Origin: Phaeosaccion multiseriatum
Lineage: Eukaryota > Protista > Ochrophyta, other classes
DNA: 64,000 bases
NCBI GenBank assembly: GCA_965112735.1
Contig: OZ218950.1
Coordinates: 1,178,001-1,242,000, forward strand
Direction: 5' to 3'
Shown: positions 14,001 to 26,000 of the stretch, piece after piece
Layout of the letters: the number at the start of each line of letters is the position of its first letter
Numbering within the stretch: the first letter of the stretch is position 1
The notes under the pieces: generated by a model
Told to the model about the DNA's origin: nothing
The model's input: the letters and a program-made list of their open reading frames with translations, nothing else
The model's database searches: none
Translations under genes and position numbers: made by a program

Positions 14001-17000
14001 TGAGCTCTGGGCGCTTCAAGTACCCACGGGCCAGCTGTCTCCCCCCAATGCACAGCTCGCCCTCCACGCCCTGAGGCACCAGCTGCAGACGCTTGTCCAC
14101 CACATACACTTGCACGCCGGCTCGAGGCTTACCGATGACGAACCCACTCGACGTGGCACCCGGACTGTACGCATGTGTGGTCGCGAAAACCGTCGCCTCT
14201 GTTGGGCCGTAGCTATTCACAAGGCGCACATGGTGCCGCCACATGTCCACTTGGCCTTCCTTGATCGGCTCCCCAGCCAATGCGATGGACCGTAGGGTGG
14301 CCTCCTTAGCTCCAGTGGTGATGTCTTGCGGTCGAAGCAGCGACAGCAGTGACGGGGTGCAGTACATGTCTGTTACCCTCAAAGACCGTATCAGCTCCGG
14401 CAGGTCGTTCAGCATGGAGCCCTTCTCTGCCAAGCAAAGCGTCGCCCCACACGACAACGGCCCGAACAGCGACGCCACAGACACATCAAATGTCAAAGCA
14501 GCACTCAGGAGCACACGAGAAGATGCCGTTATCGTCAGCTCCTCTTCGAAGAGAGTCGCCATGAAGCTGGCCGTGCTTCCATGCTCAATCATCACGCCCT
14601 TTGGCCGGCCGGTACTACCGGACGTGTGAATCACATACGCCATGTTCTCGCCCACCGCGTGGCACACAGGCTCCGCGGTACTCTCCACTTGCATCACAGC
14701 CACCACGTCCACACAGCTCACGTCTCCGACACGCCGCGCTAAGCTGGCATCGGCGGTTGCCAGCACCTCAGACTCGCCTGCTGCCTTTGCCGTCGTCAGA
14801 ACGACGCTCAGCCCGGCGTCTTGTGCGATCATCGACAGCCTATCGTCGGGATGCTCGGGGTCCAGAGGCACGTACGCCGCCCCGGCCTTGAGCACGCCCA
14901 GCACTGCCACAACCGCCTCCACGCAGTCCCCAGCAATCAGCACCCCCACCAGGCACTCCGGCCCCACGCCCCTCCCCTGCAGCATGCATGCCACCGCATT
15001 CGCATGCCCATTCAGCTCCCCGTAGCTCATCACCCGACCCGTCTCATGCTCGTGCAGGGCCTCCTGCTCCGGACTGCGACAGGCCATCTCTTCGAAAGCC
15101 GCGTGCAGGAGGGGCGGTGGTGGCGATGCTTCCTCTGCACCTCCCTCCGTGTCTCCATTGGCATCCCCCGCCACCAGTGCAGCGCCGCTCAACGTATCCA
15201 CCACCTTCACACGGTCCTCGTGTGCCAAGAGATTCAGCTTCCACACGCTCTCGCCCGGCCTGCCCACTGCACTCTCCAGCAGCGCCAGGAAGCTCCGCGC
15301 CAGGGTCTCCACTGTGGCCTGGTCGAGCACCGCCGTATTGTAGCACAGGCTGCCGTGCATGTCCGATGCACTGTCCGTGCTGCGCACAAGGCATAGCTCG
15401 ATGTCAGCCGTATTCTTCCAAGTATCCACACCCGCCTCCTGCAGTACAAAGAAAGCCTGCAGCGCATTACCACGACCATCTCTGCCCAGCTGGGCCCGCT
15501 CCACCACCTTGTGGAACGGTGCCTCGGCATGCTTCATGGCACCCAGATACGCGACCTGTACGCGAAGAAGCACCTCCCGAAAGCTGGGGCTTCCTCCCAG
15601 GCCCAGACGGAACGCGAGGGTGTTGACGAAGCATCCCATCACGCCCTCCAAGCCTTGCGCCACGTCTCTTCCGAAGTGCGCAGTGCCCACCACCACATCC
15701 TCCGCTCCGCACACACGAGCCAGCAGCACTTGGAACGCGCCCATGAGCCCCACAAACAGCGTGGCGGAGCTATCCGCGCACAGTTTACTCAACTTGACCA
15801 GCATTCCATTGGGTAGGACCAAGTCCACCCTCCCGCTTCCTCCCACACGGATATCTTCACGCACCATTTCTCCACTGAGGCTCATTTGGTCATGTCGCTG
15901 ACGGAGAGGCAGCTGCAGTGGACTGGTACCAGCCAGTTGACCCTGCCAGTATTCAAGCAGCTCCTCAATACGGCCTTCGCCGTCCAGCCGAGCTCGTTGC
16001 CACCTGGAGTAGTCCGCGAAGCTGAAGGGCAGAGCCGGTAGGTCTTGTGCGATTCCTCTCCCGGCCATGGCAGCCGCGCATGTGGCCTTGAACTCGCCCT
16101 GGAAGAGCAAGTAGGATGCACCATCAAAGATGCAATGATGGAAAGTAGATACTGCGGCATACTGCTCCTCTAGTCCGCTCTGCTGCGGGAGGTGTACGAC
16201 CAACGTACGCCATAGAGGCTGGCTCCGCTCCAAATCGAATGGCCGAGCGATATCGGCCTCGATCAGGCTCCGAGCGGCCCCAACACTGGTGGCCACGGCA
16301 GAGGAGAGACCAGCTGACACCACCGCGGCTGCCGTAGTTCCAAGCTGTACCTGCCTCAGAGAGCCCTGCTTTGTCCACTCAAGCGACGTCCGGAGCACAT
16401 CATGTCGCTCCACTATGCTGCCTAACACTTGTGCTATCATGTCCACAATTTCAGCGGATGTTCGTCCGGAGATCAGCGAGATTGGCAGCGGCAGCACAAG
16501 TGGGAGATTGTACGCGCTCTGCCCGCCAGGGGAAGTCGTCCGCAGTGCTATGTCTGAAAAGTACATGTGTTCCTGCTGGTAAGCCGCGGGGGCGTCAGCA
16601 TCCAAGGAGAAGTAGTGCGAAAGACCTGTTGCTTGATCATCAGGCTCACTCAGATGCCCCGAGTCCGCTCCCAGCACTTCCTCTTGGATCCATGCAGCCA
16701 TTGCAGACACCGATGGATACGTAAACAAGGCGCCGCTCGACATGGTGACACCACACCAGGCCTCGACTCGCTTGCCAAACTCCACGGAACCCATCGAATC
16801 GAGCCCGGCTTCCATCAAGGGCATCGTTGCTGTAATGGTCACGTCATCGCCAACACACTCGACTGCCATACCCGTCAGGACATGCTCGATCCTCTCCCGC
16901 CGTGCTGACTCCGGCAAGTGCAGGAGCTCCTCCCGCACCTCGGCATTAACCTTTGCCGCCTCACCACTTTCTCCGCGGTCCGTCAACTGCCCGAGAAAAT

Positions 17001-20000
17001 CGCTGTGCACAGGGGCCAAGCTCGCTCGGAATCTGGACCACCTCATGGCCGGCATGACGGCCACCTCCTGCACGTTGGCTTGCGATTGACTTGCAAGGAC
17101 GGCATCCAGAGTCTTCATACCTAGCGCCGATGAGATCAGGCCCACTCCGGCCATCTCCGCAGCTTTGGACACCATTTCAAGCCGCACCGCCATACCCACG
17201 TCGCCCCATGGGCCCCACTGAATGTTGGAAGCAGGAAGGCCAAGCTGGCGTCGGCGGTACCGCATCAGCCCGTCCAAAGCAGCATTGGCCCCCGCGTAGG
17301 CGCTCTGATTGGACAAGCCAAGCAAAGCGGAGGTCGATGAGTACGAGGCGAAGAAGTCGATCTCCTCCCTGCCGCTCGCCGCCCACTCGAGGCACAGCGC
17401 GTGGAGATTCCAACCTCCCTGGATCTTGGCGGCAAAGACATTTCGCACGTTCTCTTCCGTCTCGCCCGACAACATTCCCTTTGCGCCAGTCACCCCCGCT
17501 GCGTGAATCACACCCCGAATGTGAGGCAGCCCCACCAAGGCCGTTGCTACAGCATCTCGAAGCTGGCCCATATCGGACACATCGCAGGCCACGGCCACAG
17601 CGGTGACACTCTCCATGCTCTGCAGGGCCTGCCACAGCTCTGAAGCTTCCTCTGTCGCCCGGCCGCTTCGAGAAAGGAGGAGCAGGTGTCGAGCACCCTG
17701 GGAGACCAAGTGATTCGCCGTCGCCAGACCCAGCCCCCCCAGACCACCGCTGATCAGGTAGGTCCCATCCTCCCTGCACGTGAAGCGATCGACTCCTGCC
17801 GGCGTCAGATGGAGTGTGCTGGGCACCAGCCTCGGAGCGAGGATCTCACACCCTCGAACCAGCAGGTCCACGCCTCGGCCGCCGTCGCGGGCTCCTGCAG
17901 CCAGCGTCACAGCCTGGGAGATAGCTTGGGCTTCCATCTTCTCTACTCTAGGTCGTGCATCCTCAAACTGTGGATACATGGCATACTCAAGGTCGATGTG
18001 GTTCACATCGAGGTCGCCCCGCTCCAGGCGTACGCTTCTCACCAGTCCCACTGCCCAGCTGTCCTGCCAACCAGCACCGCTGTACACTCCCGTTGTCACC
18101 ACCGTGATCGGCATCACTGCCGCGTCCCCGTCTAAGCTCTGTACAGTTTGCACAAAGTGGATTGCCCCATCGGTAGCAGAGCCCGTTGCTGACGTCAAGT
18201 AGAAGAGATGGGCCCCACGTGGCTGCGCGTCCGAGCCGAGCGCCTCCACCATGTGCACCTCCACACCACTTGCTGTCGCCGCGCTTCGGACAGCTTCCAA
18301 GGCTCTGTGGTTGTTCGATGCGTGCTGCCCTTCGGCTGCCTCGGGAATCACGACGAGCCACGGAAGGCTGTCGGGCGCAGAAGCCTGCTGCGAAGCCGTG
18401 GGCACCTCCACCGCCTCCCACTCAACAACATAGAGCGGGCCCTGCTCAGCTTCACTCTGCGGCTGAGGTGCTGCTGTGGCTCGCGCTGTGTACCAAGGAA
18501 AGGCTTTGCGCGTTGGGAACAGGATATGCTCCTTGCCCTTACTCTCTGGCTGCTGCACTGTGCTCAGAGCAAATCGAAACGAATCCTCAGAGTTCTGCCC
18601 TCGTGTGAGGGAGGAGATCCACGCCAGCCCCTCGCGACGCTCGCACATGGCTCCCATGCTGCTCAGCACAGGGTTGGGGCCCACCTCAACGATGCTCAGG
18701 TCAGCCCCCCTCCCGTCTCCCATCCAGTGCTGCACCAGCGTGTGGATGCCTTCTGCGAACAGCACTGGCGACAGCATGTGTTGCACCCAATACGTCGCCT
18801 GCGTCACCTCCTCCTCTCTTACCACCTCACCCGTCACGTTGGACACCAGGGGAATGCGTGGGGCGCTGAATGACACCTGCCTCAGAACCTCCTCCAGCGC
18901 ACCTACAGCGGGCTCCATCAGAGGAGAGTGGAAGGCGTGCGATACCTCCAGGGCCTTGCAGCCCACCCCATCTGCCGTCAGCCTCTCCACCACCTTGTCC
19001 ACACCGCTGCGCGCTCCAGAGATCACGCTCGCGCTCGGTCCATTCGACGACGCCAGCACCACCTCGCCTGCCCCCCCCGCAGCGTCGATACTTGCCAAAG
19101 TCGCCTCCTTGCCTGCCCTCACTGCGAACATCACTCCCTTGCCCTCGGGGCAGGCCTGCATGGCGGTTCCTCTCTTGGCGGACAGCATCAGTCCATCCTC
19201 CAGCGACATGACGCCGGCCACGCACGCCGCCACTACCTCGCCCAGGCTGTGGCCCATCACCATGGACGGCTCCACGCCCTCCGACTTCCACAGCTCACAC
19301 AGGGCGTACTCCAGCACAAACAGGCACGGCTGGCAGTAGCGTGTCTCCTTCAGCAGCGCTTGTGCAGTCTCCTCCTCCTCCTCCTCGTCCTCAGCGGCGG
19401 TAGGGTACATGAGCTCCACCACAGACTTGTCCAGCCAGTCCCGCTCCATGAGCAGCCTGCTGCACCGCTGCACGCACTCGCGGAACACGCCCTCCTTCTC
19501 GTACAGCTCCCTGCCCATGCCCACGTACTGCGAACCCTGTCCTGTGAACAAGAACGTCACCGGCGAACTTTTCTTGCCTCGCTGCCCATCCAGCTGCAGC
19601 AAGGCTCGGCTCTCGCTCTCCCCTACCATCGTCGGTCCGAAGCTGCTGAGCACCGCATGGACGCTGGCTCCTCCCGCGCCGAAGGAGCTGACAGCAGCCG
19701 TGCGCCTCTCCCCGTCCCTGGCACTTAGTGGCACCATCGTAGACGGCAAAGTCACCGGAAAGCCATCCAAACGAAGCTCCGGATTGAGCTTCCTCATGTG
19801 GAGATTTGGCGGAGCAGATCCATGCTGAAGGACCAGCAGAGCTTTGATGAGGCCAGCAATTCCGGACGCACCCTCTAGATGCCCGATATTGGTCTTCACC
19901 GCCCCAACCACAAGGGGCCGAGCTTCCTCGCGGCCATGGCCATACACGGCCCTCAAAGCACTCATCTCGATGGGGTCGCCGAGAGAAGTCCCGGTGCCGT

Positions 20001-23000
20001 GTGCCTCCACGTAATCAATCTCCAGACCGCTCAAGCCGGCCTCCGCCAGTGCCTGCTCCATCAGACGCTGCTGAGCAGAAGGGCTCGGGGCAGTGTAGCG
20101 CAAACTTCTCCCGTTGTGGTTCGCAGCGCAGCCATTGACGACTGCGAGGATGTGGTCGCCAGCGGTCTGTGCATCGCCCAGTCGCTTCAGTACCACGGCG
20201 CCACAGCCATCACCTCGGACGTAACCGTTGGCCGCAGCGTCGAACGTCTTGCAGCGCCTGACCATGAGGAATTGTGGGTTTGCAAAAGTGAAGAACAGAG
20301 AAGTGGTAATCACATCAGCAACAGGGGCCTTTCAAACAATCTTGGGGCCTTTTGATATGGCTCTCATCGCGCCCCCAAGAACAAGCTTCCACCCACACAA
20401 AAGAGACACGCACTTACCAGTCAAGACTCAGGAAACCTCCTTCGGCGAGGGTCTCGAACGCCTGTGTACCCAGCAGCAAGTTGACGCCTCCCACTAAGGC
20501 GATGTCACACTTCCCCAGCCGCAAGCTGCTGCAGGCCCCTTCCAGTGCCACCAAAGACGACGAGCACGCCGTGTCGACACTCATGCTCGGCCCTCCGAGG
20601 CCCAACACGTAAGACATCCGATTTGCCGGACTCGCATTGGACATGCCCATGACGGAGTACGCACCCTTGTTCGCATCGTCTACCACTGAGCCCCACTCGC
20701 TGCCGGACATACCCACGAACACACCGGTGTTGCTGCCATGTAGTGTATCCTTGCGGTATCCCGCCCTGTGCAGCGCCTCGTACCCCACCTCCAGCATGAC
20801 GCGCTGATGCGGGTCCATGGCACCCGCCTCGGCCGCAGAAATGCCGAAGAAGGTGTTGTCAAAAGCCTCCACTCCATCAATGAAGCCCCCATGCCACTGC
20901 TTCTGACCCTCATCGGCCCAGCGACCAACAGGGCTGGCTCCAATACAGTCTGTCCCTGCACAGAGCATAGCCCAGAAGTCCTCGGGGTTCTTAACCCCTC
21001 CCGGGAAGCGACAGGCGATCCCGACGACGGCCAGCGGCGCCCTTGAGTCAGTGGGGTGCGCTTCAGCAGCGATCGCCGCAGAGCGACTGCTAGAGGGTCC
21101 CTCTACCTCGCCAAGCATCTCCGCTTCGATCCATACTGCCAGCGCCGCTACCGTGGGATATGCGAAGAGCACATCAGGGGTCACTATAACTCCGAAGCGA
21201 TCCTGCAGCTGGCCGCGCAGCTCCCCTGTTGACAAAGAGTCAAGACCTGCTTCCATCAAAGGACTGTTCTCGTCCAGCTCTTCGGCACCCTCCTCAAGGA
21301 GGTCCTTGGCGATATCAAGCACCGCCAATCGCACTGATTGCTGTCGCTCGCCAGGGGGCAGTCTCAAGAGCGCCTCGCGCACTTCATTGTTGATGTCAGT
21401 GTTGCTGGACGCGCCTGCTGCTGTTGAGACAAGCCCTGACAGCAGGAACGAGCCGCGGGACGCACCCAAGCTGTCTGCAAACTTGCCCCAGTCCATGCCA
21501 GGCAGAACGGCCACATCGCCCAAATACGCTGACGACATCGCAGCGGCATCTAAGGCAGCCATGCCCAGCTCAGCTGACACCGTGCCCACACCAGCCAGCT
21601 CCAACTGCTTTTGAACGATATCGAGCTGGGCGGCCATACCAACGTCAGCCCACGGCCCCCACTGCAATGACGTCCCTGCGAGCCCGAGCTGTCGCCTGTG
21701 CCGCATCAGCCCGTCCACAGCCGTGTTCGCCGCAGCGTAGTTGGCCTGTCCAGCGTTACCCAGTACTCCGGCCATGGATGTGAAGCAAAAGAAGAAGTCA
21801 AGGCCAGGAGCGCGCCCCTCCTCCTTCGCCCAAGCCAACGAAAGCTCGTGCAAGTTTATCGCCCCCTGCACCTTCGGTCGGAACACGTTCGTCACGCTCT
21901 CCGGCGTTTGCTCTCCGAGCAGCTTATCATCCAGCACCCCGGCAGCATGCACCACGCCGCGCACAGGGGGCAGCAGGGGCAGCACGCCCCCCAGGCAAGT
22001 CCGAAGTGCCTCAGCATCAGCAACATCACAAGTAGGAGTATGGATCAGCTCCACCGTGTTCCGAAGCTGCTGCAACTGCTCTGTCATGCTCTCAGCGACC
22101 TTCCCACTCCTCGACAGCAGCACAAGGTGACGAGCGCCCCTCGACGCGAGGTGCTGGGCCGTCACGAGGCCGAGAGCCCCCAGTCCGCCGCTGATGACGT
22201 ACGTGCCGTCGGACACCACTGGCACACCGTACGAGGGGTTGGTCAGCACCACCTTGCCGATATGCTTCGCTTGGCTCATGAGTGCCATGGCCTTCTGAGT
22301 GTCCTCCCTCATGTCAAAGGGTATGGTCGGTAAGGGCTTCACATTGCCAGACATGCAGTCTTCAGCAAGACGCTGCAGCTCGTCGCTTATCCAGCCCGGC
22401 TCACCCGCCGAAAAGTCGAAATTGATAATGGTGTCCACAGCGACGAGGTTGTACCTTACATCGGGCCGGGCGGTGTGCATCTGCTCGTGACTCCATACAC
22501 CTCTCTTCCCAATCTCGACGAATCTGCCTCCCTCTGTCAGCATGTCCAATGAGAAGGGAATGTAATCCTCGCTCAGTGAGTTGAGCACCACATCCACCTT
22601 CATCTCACCCATGGACTGCTTGAATGCCTCTGCGTCTCTTGATGACGCAATGTGCTCCACTCCCAAGCTCCGGAGGAAGTCATGCTTAACAGCAGCACCG
22701 GCAGTGGCGTACACATCTGCGCCGACCCGCTGAGCATACTGCACGGCGGCAAGGCCCACACCGCCCGATGCGGCGTGAATCAACACCTTCTCTCCAGCCT
22801 TGAGGTCGTGGAAGGCCTTCGCTACCGTCAAGCACACGGTGGGAAGTGCAGCGGCCTGCTCGAAGCTCAGCACGGCCGGCATCACGGCCAGACACACATC
22901 ACTCGTCGTCACATGACTGCGCAGACATCCCGCATCCCCAAAGCCAAACACTGAGTCGCCGACACGGAAGCGCGAGCTTCCTCCCACACTGATCACCTCG

Positions 23001-26000
23001 CCGGCAAACTCGGAGCAAGGATCTCCAGGGTCGCCAGGGTACATGTCCAGCACATTCAGCACGTCCCGGAAGTTAAGGCCAACGGCCCTTACGGCCACCT
23101 CCACGGAGCTGTCATCAAGGGGCTGATGTTTGCCATTGTTCACATCATCACGAAGGGCGAAAGCGTTGGCAATGCTGCCTCTTGCCTTCAAGTCAAGCAC
23201 GAAGGGAAGCTGCAGGGGCTGACGTATAAGATGAGGAGCCCAGCACTGTCCGTCGCGTACCCACACATCTTCTGTGGTGGCAGGGAAGGCCAAGCCTAAG
23301 GCAAGCTCGGTGTCTTGCGCCTTCTGGCCGCTGAGGTCCACCACGCCAATCTGCATGGAGGGGTGCTCCATCCTCGCAGTCCGCACCAGTCCAGTCACCC
23401 AGCTGTGACGCCAGTCCTCGCCACTTTGGACGCCTCTCGTCAAAACCGTCAGCGGCGCCCTTGATGCAGTACACAGGCTCCTAAGTAGAGTCATCAGGGC
23501 GTAGGCCGCTCGTGCTTGGCGGCTTCCTTCTGCGTCTTCTTCGCCAGCTCCGGGTATCAGCACGTACAAGACGCGATCCCACTCGTCCTCTCCGAGAAGA
23601 AGATTACCATCATCCCCGGAGGCGTCCATCCGCCCATATCGAGTGTGTACGTCCACGTTCTCCGGAGCACAGCGCCGCACTGCAGCAATGATTGCAGTCT
23701 CTCCCTCCCTCTCGTCCTGCGGAATAACCACGAGCCACTTTTGGCGCGCCGCCGCCTCAGCAGGGTCAGTATCACTTCCAGGGGCCTCCTCTTGTGTGTG
23801 TGTAGACGGCTCAGTGGTCTGCCATTCCAGCGTGTACATCGCCCGACGAAGCGGATTGGGGCGCGCAAAGCCTCTCGCCCGCTGAGTGCGGAACCCACGC
23901 ATCTCCACAAGAATCTGCTTGCTATCAAAGTCGGCAATCTTGATATCAAACTTGATGCTGTTGCCCCCGGGCTCCACTTCACCGAGCGTCGTGTGCACCC
24001 AAACTGTCTCTCCCGTTATGGGGGCAGAAACGATCACCTCGTCAAAGCCAACAGGCAGGAATGGAGCTCCATCCCTCGCTCTCAGCAACTGGCGTGGGAT
24101 TGCCTGCAAAAGTGAGTGAGTCGCATTGTCGAGCACCGCAGGGTGCATAGCAAAGCCCATCACCTCCCATGGCTCGCACAGGTCCGAGTCGAGAGCACGC
24201 ACGACCGATAGCACCTCTCCGTCATTGGCGAACACCTGTAAATTCCGCTCAAAGCGAGGGCCATAGTTAAAGTTGGCATCCGCCATTGCCTTGTACAGGC
24301 CATGGGCCAAGTCCTCAGTCCCTACCCGCCCCTTGATTCCCTCTACATCGAGCATGTCACGCGGCTCGGTTCGCTCCATGACAGACACGTGGTCCATCCT
24401 CGCGGTCGCTCCCTTGTCACCCTCAACGCCTCCGAAAAACTGCATGCTTCCATCGCTCGCGTATAGAGCACTCAAGCCGTCACAGACAATAGTATTGCGG
24501 CTCTGCGCTTGGTCCGTGCCCGTGTGCTGGAAACCCTCAATCTCCAATGGAGCCACAAAGCTGGCTCCTTGCAGGACTACCTGCTGCTCCGTCCCGAGCT
24601 GTCTTCCTCCTAGAACAGTGACAACACTCACTTCAATGTACGTTACCCCTGGAATGATCACCACATTGTTGACTGCGTGGTCCTTGAGAAGGTCCTTGAT
24701 GTGAGGCGAGAAGGGGCAACAGAGCCGCATTCCGTCTCCCTCTTGGACCACCTCGCCACTGGGCATGAATGCCAGTGGAGGCCTGAACCAACGAAATGCT
24801 TGGCGTGTGCGGTACAATGCGCCACGCCCTGACTCGCTGTCCTTCTGAAGAGCATCGTTGAGACTCACGCCCTCTCTGTCGGCATGCGCGGCCGTCCTCC
24901 CAGCTCTGGGACCGGATAGCACGGCGTGAGCATTGGTTCCACCCGCACCGAAAGAGCTCACGGCAGCAACGAGCGCTCCTGTCCACCCGCCTTGACCCAC
25001 GGGCTCCAGGGTCACAGGTAACGTCACGGGGACGCCCGTGAGCTCCAGCTCGGGGTTGATGTCCTTCAAATGCAGGTTCGGAGGGGCGACGCGGTGCTGC
25101 AGCACCAGTACGGTCTTGATGAGGCCTGCAATACCTGCTGCACCCTCCAGATGGCCGATGTTGGCCTTCAGCGCACCTACCATCAAGGCATTTGCCTCGC
25201 TGCGGTCCGGTCCGCAGTACACTGCCTTAAGGGCGCTCATCTCGATGGGGTCTCCCAGCGCCGTGCCCGTGCCGTGCGCCTCCACGAAGCTCACCTCTGC
25301 GGGGTCCCTTCCCGCTTCTGCCAGAGCGGCAGACAGGAGTTGCTGCTGAGCAAGAGGACTGGGTGCCGTCAGACGAGCGCTGGCCCCATTGTGGTTGGCA
25401 GCACAGCCCTCGATCACCGCTAGGACAGTGTCCCCGCTGGCCACAGCATCATCAAAGCGCTTCAGTACAATGGCACCACATCCTTCGCCTCTGACATAAC
25501 CATTTGCCGATGCGTCAAACGTCTTGCAGCGCCTGTCGCAAGGCAGAGAAAGGTTGGTGGGGTGTGAGTGGGGTGCAGCGGAAGGTCTTGTTTGACTGTA
25601 GAGAAGACGCCCAAGAATGAGCTGCACGGAGCAGAAAAGGGAAAAATGCTTCAGAGCACTCAGACCAGAGCGGCCAGTGCCACTTACCAATCGGGGGAGA
25701 GGAAGGTCCCCGCAATCAAGGACTGAAAGGCGCTTTTCCCGAGCAGCAGGTTCACGCCACCGACCACCGCCGAGTCGCACTTGCCCAGGCGGAGGTTGCT
25801 GCAGGCAGCGTCCAGAGCCACCAGGGACGACGAGCATGCTGTCTGCAGCAACGCACTGGGGCCGCAGAGGCCCAGAGTGTAGGATACGCGATTAGCAATG
25901 TTCGAAGCCGTCAGGCCCATTCCGCCGTAGGCGCTCTGAGCAGCGGCATCTCCTGCCACGAAGCCCCAGTCCGTGTCCGACAAGCCCACGAACACGCCGG

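Noticed and set aside
23200-23850. Possible C-methyltransferase between DH and ER (same region in other modules)
   Set aside because: No SAM-binding ExGxGxG motif; the segment (YxLEWQ...GLVRTARxEHP) matches the KR structural subdomain.
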